64,000 nt of DNA, taken from the NCBI GenBank assembly GCA_020137815.1, contig CM035361.1:3162001-3226000 (forward strand). Reading direction: 5' to 3'. Below, piece by piece: positions 1 through 17,576 of the stretch. This stretch comes from Hormiphora californensis. Its lineage: Eukaryota > Animalia > Ctenophora. The position numbers and the translations under genes are program-made. The first letter of the stretch is position 1. The number at the start of each line of letters is the position of its first letter. Under the pieces are notes generated by a model. The model had not been told where the DNA came from. It was given only the letters and a program-made list of their open reading frames with translations, and made no database searches.

Positions 1-227
1 CAAACAAACATAGATGGAGACCAAGGTATGTCTATTTGATCTCTAAATATCTCTCTCTCTCTCTCTCTCTATCCTGAAGCCGTTTTGTGGTCTTATTATG
101 TATCACGCCAAACCTCGATTTACCGGTGCAATATAATCCTTCCCCAGAGGAGCTCGGTAAATCGAGGTTTGCTGGTTTGATATTACCGTCAGTATAATAT
201 ATTCTTGCTGTCGAATAGCAGATATAT

Positions 228-336
228 CAGGAACCGACCGGAACAAGTAAACAACCAATCAGAACTCGTTATTTAGGTCACGTGACTGGTTATCAGCCAA
301 TCAGGGACCAGTGTTTCTTGTTTCGGTCGGTTCCTG
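228..336. mobile_element. ~108-bp MITE with AGGAACCGACCG terminal inverted repeats
   Basis: TIR caggaaccgaccg...cggtcggttcctg; near-identical second copy at 25748-25854. Confidence 0.8.
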
Positions 337-557
337 GCAGATACATTGTTTTGTTGTCTTGAACTGTATTGGCTGTCTCAGCATCCTTTTAACTAAGCAC
401 ACACACAAAACGAATAATAGTTAGTCAAGCATTCAATGATATTCTAACTGAGAGCACATACAAAATGTGATACTGGGCCCAACATGATCTCAATAAGCTT
501 TTATCCCTTTTATCCTAATCCACGTCATCATTCGTTTTGCAACAACAATTTCACCAG

Positions 558-673
558 CTCCTAAAACTTTTCATATAGCGGGGCCAGCACTAGAAGATGT
601 TGATGAGAGATCATTGGAAGACTCTCAACCATTAGTCTCTGAATCGGTGAATAGTACAACACATGCTTTGTAA
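558..673 (+). CDS. Probable terminal exon of a gene entering from the left (PKTFHIAGPALEDVDERSLEDSQPLVSESVNSTTHAL*); preceding exon end at 1-25
   Basis: Donor AG|gtatgt at 25/26, acceptor caccag| at 557, phase-1 compatible open frame to TAA at 671-673. No recognisable domain. Confidence 0.35.
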
Positions 674-715
674 ACCGTGGCAATTAGTACTTTGTGAATC
701 GTGGCAATTATAGTA

Positions 716-813
716 CAGTCGGACCCCGATTTAGTGGCACCCTCGGGGGAAGGGTTTTGTCCACTAAATCGGGGTGCCACTAAATCGGGGGCCACTAAAT
801 CGGGGTCCGACTG
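716..813. mobile_element. Tc1/mariner-type MITE (CAGTCGGACCCCGATTT family), short copy
   Basis: ta|cagtcggaccccgattt...aaatcggggtccgactg|ta with TA TSD; family recurs throughout the window. Confidence 0.85.
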
Positions 814-2261
814 TACTTTGTGAATCGTGGCATTTAGTATAGTGTACTTTGTGAATCGTGGCAATTATAGTATAGTGTACCTTGTGAATCGTTTTGGATG
901 GCAACATGTCATCCTATCTTGACTGCTTTATAGTGTACCGTCCCATGCCTGTGTTGTGAACTTGATGTTTATATTGCGTGACGTCACAACTGTAATTCGT
1001 GACGTCACGATTGTAATTATTTCGTGAAGGGTGCAGCGTATTTGTTTGCTTCAGTCTCTCCGTGATATAGCTCTAATACATAATCTTTATTTTCTCCAAA
1101 GTGCAATCGGACCCCGATTTGTCGGGTAAAACCCCCTATTGATCCCAGAAAAATCGGGGTCCGACTTCACCCTCCTTTACTGTACTATATACCCTGCTAA
1201 CTTAAATAATGCGCCAGTGGCGAGAAGTCCCACTAGCGCGCTCTCGATAACCAGCCAGTCCAGCGGCAGATTATTTCCCACTGGCAGGTTATTTATTTTT
1301 AACTCCTATGTTACATTCAAAGTGTGTGTAAATGATCAGTTCTTACTGAAATACAGAGGGAACACTGTTTGGAAGAGTTACACACTAAATTGGAGAGAAA
1401 GAAACAACACATTCCGTCAATTACTCTCTCTTTATCTTCCCTTTTGTTTCACTATCTCAATTCCTCTGTGTTATGTCTGGCATGCCCCATATCTTGTTAT
1501 TTTTTTCTCTCTCTCCTTAGTAACTGTTACCAAACAATGTACACTCAATTGAGAGATGTTTTTGACTGTTTCTCAGTTCTCTTTGTGTGTTTTGATTAGT
1601 GTTCTCTCTCTTGTTAGTGTGTAATACTTGTAACAAACAACTAAAGCAGGGTATATAACCTATAAACTCTTGCCACAGACGCGTTATAGGTTTAAACCCC
1701 TCCGCCTCTCCCTCGGCTACGCCTCGGGATCGTCGTCGTGATTTAAACCAGTTTATCCGCCAGTGGCGGATAAACTACAGCTACCTTCTCCCAGCGGCGC
1801 GCTGGGAGAAAGGTATCTGAAATAACGCGCCACTGGCAAGAGTTTATGCCTCATATATCTCTCTCTCCAAAGTGCTCTATATCTCCCGACTTCACCCTCC
1901 TTTACTGTACACTATATCTCTCTCCAAAGTGCTCTATATATCTCCCCGTTGCAGCGACATCTGGGAACCATCCTTTAAAACTCGATTCCACCTCCCTGAC
2001 CTCGCCCACGGGTGGTAACTCCCACTGGCCTGAGACCCAGGAACGCTTCCCTAACCCGATGCGAGGGGCAGCCAGATCCAACTATGAGGACCCCGTGGTG
2101 ACGGAACGGTTCTCAAATCCAATGGCACGGGATGATAGCGCAGGGAAGAACCATCGTCCCTCGGCAATTATTGATAGTTTTAGGAACTCTTACTCGTCAA
2201 TATCAACGGAGAATGCTTGTTGAGGAGGGGGGTTCCTGATGCAAATAAAGGTGTGATAATG

Positions 2262-2816
2262 CGGTGTGATCTGAGCTGCTAGAGGTGTGATCTGAGCTGC
2301 TAGCAGTGTGATCTGAGCTGCTAGAGGTGTGATCTGAGCTACTAGCTTGGTGTGAATAAGGTGTGATCTGAGCTGCTAGCGGTGTCATCTGAGCTGCTAG
2401 CGGTGTGATCTGAGCTGCTAGAGGTGTGATCTGAGCTGCTAGCAGTGTGATCTGAGCTGCTAAGTGCTAGCAGTGTGATCTGAGCTGCTAGCGGTGTGAT
2501 CTGAGCTGCTAGAGGTGTGATCTGAGCTGCTAGCAGTGTGATCTGAGCTGCTAGCGGTGTGATCTGAGCTGTTAGCGGTGTGATCTGAGCTGCTAGCGGT
2601 GTGATCTGAGCTGCTAGCGGTGTGATCCGAGCTGCTAGAGGTGTGATCTGAGCTGCTAGAGGTGTGATCTGAGCTGCTAGCGGTGTGATCTGAGCTGCTA
2701 GAGGTGTGATCTGATCTGCTAGCGGTGTGATCTGAGCTGCTAGCGGTGTCATCTGAGCTGCTAGCGGTGTCATCTGAGCTGCTAGAAGTGTGATCTGAGC
2801 TGCTAGCGGTGTGATC
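2262..2816. repeat. 21-bp minisatellite (GTGTGATCTGAGCTGCTAGCG)n
   Basis: About 25 direct copies; the source of the spurious ITPLAAQ/SSSDHT ORFs. Confidence 0.95.
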
Positions 2817-4735
2817 ATCACCCGTGTGTTTAATTGTGGAGAGAGTGTGGGCAGCTTGATTGGCCAATTATAAATGGAGAGTTATATCCAATGATTTGTT
2901 GCTGTTCTAGTTCTATACTGTCCCTCTAACTTCATCCGGCTAGTGTACCAATAAGTCACTGCACATGCGGTAACCATGGTTACATTACCAATAGGTCACA
3001 TGCGGTAGCCATGGTTACATTACCAATAGGTCACACGCGGTAACCATGGTTACATTACCTTGGTTTCTTTACAGTTCACGTTCATTTTGGGCTTTCCTTT
3101 CAGCAAATGTGTCGCACCAATATTTAATTTTAAGCATTTTTTTACAAAGCCATCTTTGTTTTACCAGAAGCATTTTTTATCATAATTAATTTAACTTATT
3201 ATTACATGTCAAATGTTTCTTCTTTCTGCTGCTGCTGCTGCTGCGTGTATGAAGTGCATGTATGTTCTCTACTACTGTTTCCAAGAAGCTACAACGTACT
3301 CCTACAACATAGCTGCACAAGCTGCTTCTTCTCATAATATCACTCAATACAAGTGTTGAGTAACATGAACAACAACTCAATACCTTTATCTCTCTCCCAG
3401 GATTAACTTCTCCTGGTGTAAAGCAACGGACAACACCCACTCCCCCAACACGTGGAAACATGAACCCCGTCGTATGACCCTGAACATCCCTTTCCCCCAT
3501 ACATATATATCGACCACGTGATGCCCATATATGGAGATGTGTGACGTCATATATCAACATGAGGACATTGTGAACCCCCCAATCCCCCCGACTATACAAT
3601 TATCAGAAACAAGGACGTGAGAGAAGGAGAGCTTCCTGGCACACATCCAAGGATATAATGAGAGATCGCTAACGCGTTATTTTACCGCCTCACGCGTTAT
3701 ATCGGGTTTCTTAATATAAGATCTAATGCGTGAGAGAGGTAAAACTCACGTTTTCCATTTCATTCTTGTGCCAGGCGACGCGGGTGTTGAAATATTTTGG
3801 AGTTATGTGATTTATCTATTGAGAGATAAGTGTGTATACAAATTTAATAAATTACTGCTGGATTCAGATAAGATATAATATATACACACGTGTATATTAG
3901 TAGTCACGTGCTCTCAATTTCATGTGTGTGTGTTTGTGTGTGTGTGGTAATTAATACTGTGTATACGGGGTAGGGATTATAATACAAGAGAGAGAGAGCG
4001 ATTTATTTTTGAAAATATATAATATGTTGAATTATTTAGGCTTCATTCACACATGTGTACTATCCTCTTTCAATTCTCAATCACTTTTCAACCACATTTA
4101 TCATACTTCTCTTCTCTAGTAGTATGCTACACGGTTTGTTGTGAGAGAATTACTTAAAGAAGATTTTATTGATTACAACTGCAGTGAAATTACACAACAA
4201 AACTATGTGTGTTTAGAATTTGGCAAGATATTTAAAGGTTCAAATATCTCATATCACACATGTGTTCGGTGCCAGGTCATAGTTCTCTTTTATCGAAGAA
4301 TACATTCTCATTTCCGACTCACGAAATATAAGTCCATACAGTCCTAATGACTGTATAGACTTATATTTAGTAAATAGGACTCTTATTTACTAAACAAATA
4401 ACTTAAATTGTTCTACAATATATAAAGTCATATTTCATGCTGTCATGTTTATTTTCAATAATCCGGTATCACCCGGGACCCGGGTGATATATTCCATGAG
4501 ATTATTGTAAATTATAACAGGAGATTCATTCAAGACTTCACACGGAAAGTTATAATATAGTACGGTTCACACGTTCTACAATTGAAAATTTAAACCAAGA
4601 CATGCTCACCATTAAATACAATATAGAATCTTTTTCCGTCGCACATGCATTTGATTCACAGTTCCAGAATGTAGCAAGTAGCTTTAAAGCCGACACTCTT
4701 GTCAATTTGTATCTTATTGGAAGCTCATCATCAAC

Positions 4736-7943
<3,208 letters not shown>

Positions 7944-9067
7944 GTACTGTTGCTCCGTCTTCAGACTCACCAGACCCTGTGGAAATGATCGCTGGTTGAG
8001 AGATGGTCGGGCAAGCTGCAAGTACACATACATAGAAAGTACACTCTAATCTTGACACTGTTTTCGTGCTCCGCAGAAGATTTTTAGAATAAAAAGAAAG
8101 TATGAAAAATTCAATAATTTGCATGATAAAAGAGATAAAATGAGGCGTATAGCGTTAATTAATTAAATATTAATAAACTAGCCCGATCGTTACCTGGGTA
8201 CTGTTTAGACAAAGAGTAATTAAATTACTCATGACACTAAAACAGTAAAGCAAAGACCACTAATGGCACTAAAATAACATGTATTCGGCTCAGACTCATC
8301 TACTTTTTGGCAATGAATCAGTACTAGAAATCAGCTACTAGTTCTAGCGCTGTTTCCGGATATAATATATTGATGTGCGTGTGTGGCAGTTGTGTATATA
8401 CTTTTGGTCAATATAATTGGTCGGAAATCCAATGAAAGGAAACTGTTTTCCTTGAATAATCCGGCAAAAGGAAACTTTATTAATGACTATAATGCGGCAG
8501 AAGGAAACTTTATTAATGAATAATGCGGTGATTTCATGATTTGCTTTACTTACGAGGTCGGGAAAAATCGGAGGTTCACAGCCGGGCATGTCTGCTTTAA
8601 CTTTATAAATCAAGCTTTGGTGTAAATCAAAAAAACAGAATCAATTTTTCAACGAGTATGATACGACATTATAAGTTCAAAGATATTTAAGTTATATTTT
8701 CAAATATCGGATCGGGAATTTTAGAAAAATTGAAAACAATGGCCTGTAATTAGTTGGCGTCAATTCGAATTAAAAGGTCAGGGATACAGATGTTTGAAAT
8801 ACATGCTGGAAACATAATATATGGTCTAAGGACAAGAGCAATGAATGCCCCACACTTCTCACACATATAACACATCGCCAATGCATATAACCATGTGTCA
8901 TGTAAATATATGACCAAATTGAGATCCCGAATTTCGCTTAGCCGTGTACTCACATTCACAAAACGTTTATACAGTTTAAATTTTTGATCCAAACAATTAA
9001 AACCGCAAGGACACTATTATAATTCTACCATCTTCCTTGCTACTTCTAATATCTTTCTCTCCCTCCC

Positions 9068-9179
<112 letters not shown>

Positions 9180-11105
9180 ACCCCTCTATTTAGAATTGTG
9201 GTTTAAAGTTCTCTCTTGGAAGGCGTACTACACAATTTGTTTTGTAAATCTGTCTTTAATTTTCGACATATTATCGAGCACTGGATTATGTATTAAGAAC
9301 ACTTCAGGAGACCGGAATAAAGGGAGGGTGAAGGAGTGAGAGGGAGTGAGAACTGAGAGATTGGGTATATCCTAACATGTTATATTATAACTTATAACAG
9401 ATTACATATCCCAGGTCATAAAATGGGGTCGGAGACGGAATAGACATTGAGAGACATGATTATACAAAGCATGCAAATATATTTCTTAATGAGATTGCAG
9501 TTAGATTATGAGTTTTATGAAAAAGTTCAATGAGCATAAAATATATTTCTTGTGTAGGTACTTAGACAATAGAGCTCTTTCTTGAGAAAGAAAAATAATG
9601 TTATATCAGCTCTTTTGTTGTTCATTAATTGAAATTCATCCTATGAAACATGACCAAGCTCGGCCGCAACCAGAGGAAGAATAACAACATGATTTAATAA
9701 ATTAAATAATCGTGGTCCAACAGAGACACAAAGAGAGTTCAGCTAATTTCCTGGATTTTCATGCAAAAGAAAAATATAGAAAATACAGCAGATGCTTTGG
9801 ATATAATTTCTATTCATCTCTAAAATATAATCCACACTAAAATTACTCTTTGTAACAAAGCGTTTCCAAGAAGTAAGATTATAGCTTTGGTAGCCAAACG
9901 CTTTCTTTGAGGTGTTAGAGAGATATACGTTAAAATAAATATTTGGCAATCAAACAAGAGCTTCGGCCGCCGCATAATTGTCACAGAAACTTTGAGACAG
10001 CTTGACACTGAGTCGCCTGACACTGTTCCGCAGAACAAAAGTATGAACAATTCCAGCTCAGCCAGTAGAACAAGGGTAATTATACATGTATGGGCTACTT
10101 AAGATAAATCGAAGCTGGGAATATTCCAGGGAGATGTAGTGGTGCAACAATGGCCTCTCACGTCCACGTGGCAACATACCTTGCCATGTACAACAACACA
10201 CACATGTGTTATAGTGACACATGGGTGAAGAAGAGTCCCTAATGAACTAGCCTCTAAACAGTGCACGTGTGTTCTTGTCAGAGTTACCAGAGCTTCACTA
10301 GAATATTTTATGAAGGAGTTACCAGAGCTTCGCTAGAATATTTTATAAAGAAGCAGCTACCACTGTATACTGAATGAACTTTACGATGGTGTTTATAGAG
10401 ATTGGAAATTGGCAGATGAGGTATACAACTAGGGCTCCTCATGATCGATATACTGCTACACGCACAGACATGCCTTGTTGTCTAGCGGGGGAGGGGGGTG
10501 GTGATCTTAACAATAATGTTACTCTTGAAGAGAGTGATCACATAACAGCTTTACACTATATAATGACAGGTGGAACATTAGAATTAGTTGTACTTGTTAA
10601 TGTATGGTTCATAATACTTGAATAGATTTATAAGAATCTGATATTTTCTAAGAATTAAAGAATCGATCGCGATTGTTTGGAGATTCCGGGGAACACTCAG
10701 TACTCACTAAATACTTTGCACTATAATATATACTAACTTATAAAGGGAGAAGTAACTCAAGGCTTATCTACAAGGCTCTGTAATGAAAGCAATAAGACCT
10801 GGTGGTAGACTTGTTGCATTTATTAACTTGCAATTACTGTTATTAGGATCACAATTAGGACACAGCAACAAAGCGTTCCATACTCCTCAGTAATTGTACA
10901 ATTTCATAGCACAGCTTAAATGGGAGCGAATGAATTATTAATAAGTATAAGTGTAAGTTAATGTTAAACAATTAAAGGATTAGGATGTCACATTAAATGA
11001 AGTAATGTAGAACTCAGCAGAATGATCCTGATAAGATCTCATTCAAAACAATTAATAATTAATAATAACAATTATCAGGAGAATGATTCGACATGATATT
11101 AAATA

Positions 11106-11600
11106 ATATATCGACGCAAACAATTTGTATGGAAGTTCCATTTGTTAATAAATAATAAATGGAACTTCCATACAAATTGTTCGCATCGATATATACATGT
11201 AAGTTGCATACAAATATGTATATCGATGCAAACAATTGGCACTGCAACTCCAAATCAACCGAATATTAGTTTTTTAACATATTGAATGAAACTTCCATAA
11301 TACATACAAATTGTTGGCATCGATGTATATAAGTCAATAACCGGAATTAGTTTTTTAACGTAGGATTATTAAACTTCCGTACAAGTTGTTGGCATCGATA
11401 TACATATAGGAAGTAATTTTGATATCTCCTTCTGGTGCTGATACACACTCACGCCCTCTGTACAACAGATGGGGAATCTCACACATACTCGTGCAGATAT
11501 ACATAAACCAACCGAATAGAAGTTTTGTTTGGAAGTTCCATTTATAAATAATTAATATTAATAAATAAAACTTCCATACAAGTTGTTGGCATCGAAACAA
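11106..11600. repeat. Cluster of about 6 direct and inverted copies of a ~35-bp motif (TATATCGATGC.AACAA.TTGTA.GGAAGTT)
   Basis: Copies near 11107(+), 11161(-), 11218(+, partial), 11291(-), 11372(-), 11569(-); 11107-11196 forms a hairpin with ~37-bp arms. Confidence 0.8.
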
Positions 11601-11757
11601 CTATGTATAAGTCAGGTTTGTTTGCACGTACCTTATCAGTGATCCATGAAATCAGACGAAACTTGACGGAGGGTGTTGTTAGGTCGCTGTGATCCTCGTG
11701 GGCATTTACATGAGAGATGATGAGACATGCCATCAAAGCAATCAATATCATAATCAT
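11449..11757 (-). CDS. Putative small secreted peptide precursor (MIMILIALMACLIISHVNA-HEDHSDLTTPSVKFRLISWITDK|RA*)
   Basis: Signal-peptide-like N-terminus with a V-N-A cleavage site; upstream ccaag acceptor; donor AAG|gtacgt at 11632/11631; candidate acceptor gtacag|AGGGCGTGA at 11457. The second exon is uncertain. Confidence 0.45.
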
Positions 11758-12880
11758 TTGGGCCTTGGATAGGGATATAATATACATTATTTGAAACAGT
11801 TGTACAGACTAGTTTATCTACTTTTATATTATGTATAAACATAATTTACTCCAAGTCTAAGGAAGTATATTTATAGGATGCAAATGGCCTGATAAAAGCA
11901 ACTGAGTGTTACTGTAAGAAGCATCCAGGCCGGATAATGGGCCATTTTCACACATGTTCATATAAAAGTAGAAATGTGGACATTGGACTGCCGTAATACT
12001 GATACACATCGTAACTGATATAATAGATTAATTGATATGTAGTTGTCCACTTTTCACACCTCTGAACCTGTCAGAGAGGAGAGAGAGAGAGAGAGAGAGG
12101 AGGAAGGGAGACTGATAGATACTCATAGAGACTAGGAGAGAGACGAGGAGAGAGACGAAGAGAGAGAGGGAGAGAGAGAGACGAAGAGAGAGACGAAGAG
12201 AGAGAGGGGGAGATTTACAAGTGGTAGAGTCAGAGGAAAGGGAGGATGATGAAACATGTTAATCTCATATCCTTACAGACTCAAATGGCTTAATTATGAA
12301 CCATTATCATAGTATGTGATTAGGTTAATTAGGCTCCGTGTGAGAGCTATGAAAATACACCTTAGGACGGACCGGTACCGTTATTGCATTGTCATTAAAT
12401 AATTATACAGCTGAGATTTCTGCATGATCATCATGATGATATGAATTGTGCAGAGAGTCACGTTGAGTCACAGTGAATGAAACGCGAAGGTGAAAAATGT
12501 ACAGAATATCAATCTCAACGATCAAGTTGCAGTTGGATACTTTCATGTCCCTAAATAAAAACACTTCCTCATTGACACTTTTCACTATATGTCCCTGGCT
12601 ACCTGTCAATTATCTACCTATGATGTGTGCGCCGTATTTATAGTGAACCATAGTATGGCGCCATCTGACAATTGACATGAATAAAACATGTCCAATCTCC
12701 TAAACATGACAGGAACTGTTAAGTAAGGGGCACTCAACATTAGTGGGTACTTTAAAATGTCGGATCGTCTGATCAGGAGGTAACCCCTTGGTAGTGCCCA
12801 AAATTAATATATGCATAACCGCTGAAGTATATGAAGAGACGGATAACTACAGTTATATTGACTACTGCACATCAAGCCCG

Positions 12881-12926
12881 GGGGCTGACAGTTGCTCAGT
12901 GCCGGCACTGAGCAACTGTCAGCCCC
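12881..12926. repeat. 46-bp perfect palindrome
   Basis: ggggctgacagttgctcagtgcc|ggcactgagcaactgtcagcccc. Confidence 0.9.
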
Positions 12927-13150
12927 ATCCTTGTGCTGTTGCATAATAGTATGAACAATACAACCCCATCCATGCAATTAATTAGCTAAATGAAATTGTT
13001 GCTCTGGAGCGGCTGTAGTTGCATCACTGCAATGGGAAATTCAAATGGTCAAAAACTACAGTACGAAAGAACACTACAGCGTACAAAAATACGACACGTT
13101 TGCACTTTGCACAGATTGTTGTGCTTTCCAGCTGTATAGCTTCTCTTTGA

Positions 13151-13310
<160 letters not shown>

Positions 13311-13898
13311 TTCATCCCTTTACTTCAGGGTATTTTTGAACCAATGAACCTCCCTATGAATCATAGGTCAACTACAAGGGAAGGAGAGCCACCAAGTATG
13401 ATGAGTCCTGGCTCTCCCTCTCTCTACTCGGTAGCTATGTTGCATTAATGGTCTAATACTACCATTTATAACGTCATTGTATTCACTGGATACTGCATTG
13501 TAGGACGTTGAAAGTTGGCAAAACCAATATGGCAGTATGATTATACACAAGCACTGTGGCGTCAACTCTGTCAGGCCAATATACTCTGACCACAGTTCTC
13601 GGGCGCTCCGCGAATAGGGTCAGGTCAATGCTCTGTCGGCACCGACCCGTATGATACTGATAAGGATGATATTACAAGAATAACAGGAACTTAACAAGTA
13701 CAAACTTAATCTCATCACACGTCTAAATATCAGGTGGAAGCTTGGCCACCAGACAGGCACTGGACTTAAATTATAAATGATCAAACCTCAATGAGGGAAA
13801 TCATACGACTCTTACTGCAGTTAGCGACAATCGAGAAAACAGACAGCATAACTCTTTTAAGCGACAGTGCTGTGTGTTCTCTCAAAACTCTTAGTCAG

Positions 13899-14250
13899 GG
13901 GATTACGGGGGCAGAAAAATATCCCGGACCAACCGCCCGTACCAGCAGCCCGTACTCTCTTGCTCTCTCTCACTCACTAGCTGCATTCTGATTGGCTGTA
14001 ATATGTTACAACATGTAAAATCCTGCCAGCACCCAAGATGCACGTGCCAATGCGCCGCGCGTTACTATCTTGCTCTCTCTCACTCACTAGCTGTATTCTG
14101 ATTGGCTGTTATCTATCACATGTGCGCAGTCACAGGCTATCCCTGTGCACTAGGTCTTATCACGTGACCTTTCATTATTGTGCAAAGCAGATGTACGGGC
14201 TGCTGGTACGGGCGTCTGGTATGGGCATCTTATCCGGGCCCCCGTAATCC
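13899..14250. mobile_element. MITE with imperfect TIRs; internal segment repeated at 14380-14560 and partly at 15560-15680
   Basis: ggattacgggggc...cgcccgtaccagcagcccgtac / gtacgggctgctggtacgggcg...gcccccgtaatcc. Confidence 0.65.
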
Positions 14251-15196
14251 GCTGCCTAATTCTTAGTGAGCAACAGGGAAAATAATTGGGGAGAGAAAGT
14301 GAGAGACAGGGAGCCCCCTTGAGAGAGATTATCTCGCGCGGCGTATTGGCACGTGCGGTTTGAGCGCTGGCAGGCTTTTACATGTTGCAACATGTAAAAG
14401 CCTGCCAGCGCCCAAACCGCACGTGCCAGAGCGCCGCGCGTTACTATCTTGCTCTCTCTCACTCACTAGCTGCATTCTGATTGGCTGTTATCGATCACAT
14501 GTACGCAGTCACAGGCTATCCCTGTGCACTAGGACTTATCACGTGATCTTTCACGTGACCAGATGCTGTGATCCCCTGTCAGTTAAGAGTTTTAAGAGTT
14601 TATACGTCGCTAAGTAGCGGCGCTTACCACCCAAGAGAATGGAATCACCATTCTATTACTCTTGATATCTCTTACAAGAAAATAAGAGTTATTTTGGAAA
14701 ACAGTCAGCACCTGTCGCTTACTCCAGTAAGCGATTGCGAAATCAATCAGCACCTGCTAACTTCAGTAAGAGTCGTATGATATCCCTCAATTCACTGGAC
14801 CTCGAATTAATGTAATCCCCCCCCCCCCCCCCCCCCCCCCCCCCCGCCCCCAAAGACTCCGGTAAATCGAAGTCTGGTAGTCAGGTAGTACCCATGATGC
14901 TCATATTGATCTCATATATAAAACACGCCACTAGCCTTAGTAGTCTCAATATATTACAACAGTATATGGCTGCTCTATTAGAATAGGCCACATGCATATA
15001 TTAATATTGCCTCTCTCTCAAGCAATAAAACCGATACGATGCCTGACTGCATTATAGATCCCATGGGTAGTGGTATAATATATCCCTAATGAAATTTATT
15101 GGTTGTCCTACCGGAAGAGTCTCACGATGTGAAGTCCACGTGTGATGGGAACATATAGTACGTGTGTCCATATACTCCATACAACGTCAACTAATA

Positions 15197-15992
15197 TAGT
15201 AGTAGAGTCGATAACTACATCGACCTCTCCCAATTGTTCCAGTTTTTGTCACATCTGTTTGGAGCCTCGACACGACCTCTAAACAGGTGTTACTTTTTCA
15301 CAAACTGTTTTCATCTTGGCGTAATCAGCAGTTGAAATGTTGCTGATCATAACAAAAACCTGACTAAATTTTTTCAACTTGGGGCAAAACCATGGGTGTC
15401 AAAAGTTAGCTCTAGGTCCCCTGAGTAACCATCCGGAGACTCCAAGAGATATTTCAAGCCGTTCTCCTGTAATCATTAATCCCGGTAGAGCACATATTTG
15501 AGTATGGACGTACGTGCAATTGCCTACAACCTCAACTTTAATGTATAACGTTAATGTGCGTCTCTCTCTTTTCTCCCCCTTGAGAAAGAGTTATCTCGCG
15601 CGGCGCAGCCGCACGTGCGGTTTTTCCAGAGAGAGTGAGAGAGATACAATAACATGTAAACAGCCTGCCAGCGCTCACGTACGTCCGCATTGTATTTTTT
15701 TCTCCACCGGGATTAATGATTACGGGAGAACGGCTTGAAATATCTCTTGGAGTCTCCGGATGGTTACTCAGGGGACCTAGAGCTAACTTTTGACACCCAT
15801 GGTTTTGCCCCAAGTTGAAAAAATTTAGTCAGGTTTTTGTTATGATCAGCAACATTTCAACTGCTGATTACGCCAAGATGAAAACAGTTTGTGAAAAAGT
15901 AACACCTGTTTAGAGGTCGTGTCGAGGCTCCAAACAGATGTGACAAAAACTGGAACAATTGGGAGAGGTCGATGTAGTTATCGACTCTACTA
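15197..15992. mobile_element. Foldback MITE with ~290-bp near-perfect inverted arms
   Basis: tagtagagtcgataactacatcgacc...(to ~15486) mirrored at ~15705-15992 ...ggtcgatgtagttatcgactctacta. Confidence 0.9.
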
Positions 15993-17082
15993 TAGCTAGT
16001 CAACAATATAGAGTTATGAAGTGAACATACTAGGCACTAGCTATCAAGCGAACATACTGGCCCTCACACGACACACACACACGTACATGGTCTCATGAAT
16101 AATTCGAGGTGAGAGAATTAGGAGTTCATTAATTCGTCCTGAATTTGTCAAAATAACAGACGCTGTGTCTGCTATTTGTATGAGTTATGACATGTTAATA
16201 ACAAGTTGGATTAAATAGGGGGACCGAATGAATATAGTTAGCTAGTTATGAATATTATTGAACTGCAATAATCCTCATTGGGGGTTCCTCAACCCCCACC
16301 TTGTAGTTAGTTGCATAATGATTTAGATATCATTTAAATGATATCTAAATCATCTGCAACTAACTACTATACACATGCATTTATACCACATTTCAAATTC
16401 GGACCTTCTGAAAATTTGTGGCTACTTTAAAAATTGTTAGGAGCATCTTCTCACCAATTTTTATCCTTATCAGTCCATAGGAACATAGACTGAGACAAAC
16501 AGGGCCTTGGGCACGTCGCGCCCCTCATGTTCGCGTGCCCGTAGGGCGATCCCCTCACATAAGCCCCTACGGGGCTTGCCCGCTACGCGGGCAAAACAGG
16601 GCCTCAAAGTTGAAAAATGTATAGTGGTCTCAGACAAAAAATGAGCAACATTTCAAAAAAATCTTGGCATCCTCTACAAATCCCCAAAATTTCAGCATGC
16701 TACCCCTAAAATGAAAATTTAGGGACCTTAAAAACCGCTATTTCGGGTCCTTTTTTTCCTACTTTGAGGGGCTGTAGCAAAAATATGAATTCGAGTTAAG
16801 GGCTAAAATTGCATATTTGAGGTCACCTTGGGATGCCCTACAACCCCATATGGAGAGCTAAGCGGGCACTCGACAAAAATTTCGCCGAGGTGTACCCTTA
16901 ATTACTGGAATACATTTCATAACTAAAACTCTTTCCAGGTCTCGTTTTGGTGGACTTCTAGAGTTCGGTTGGTTACACACGAGCTGGCAAGGGGCAGGTA
17001 TCGGGCTACATATAACATATCACGCTGAACTGAAAACACTTGGAACTTGCTGAGTCTTGAAAATGGTACGTTATAACATGTA

Positions 17083-17576
17083 CAGTCGGACCCCGATTTA
17101 ACAGCCCCCGATCCCCGAAAAAATTTTCAAAGGTGTATCAACCACGTCGGAATTGTGTTTCGAATCGGGGCATCTTATTGCATGTCTTGCCGGTAATTAG
17201 ACGGTTCGAAACGAACGATCGCAATTTTGACGTTTGGTAAACTGCCAAACTGGCCCCATGGGGATCGTATCGGTTCGTTTCAAACCGTCTAATTAGCGAC
17301 AGGACGTGCGATAAGATGCACTGATTCGAAACACGATTCGGACACATGGTTGATATACCTTTTTTGCAAAATTTTACAGAATGATTGACAATCATTGATT
17401 GTCAATGCTTTAAAGTTTAATTGGTGCTCCCCATAAATTTTCAGAGAAAAATATATTTTGAAATTCGAATTCTTCCTCACCCCGCTTAAAGTGCCCCGAT
17501 TCGGCATGGTATCACGTATCGGTTCGTTTCCCCAGGTCCTTTGAATTGAGGTCAATGCAATATCGGGGTCCGACTG
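17083..17576. mobile_element. CAGTCGGACCCCGATTT-family MITE, longer variant
   Basis: TA-flanked TIRs; internal 'aattagacggttcgaaacgaac' repeats shared with the 41.6-42.4 kb and 44.1-44.6 kb copies. Confidence 0.85.

Noticed and set aside
2203-2867. Repetitive ORFs (ITPLAAQ / SSSDHTA) and a CRISPR-like look
   Set aside because: Head-to-tail 21-bp minisatellite with no unique spacers, no cas genes and a eukaryotic context; the ORFs are artefacts.
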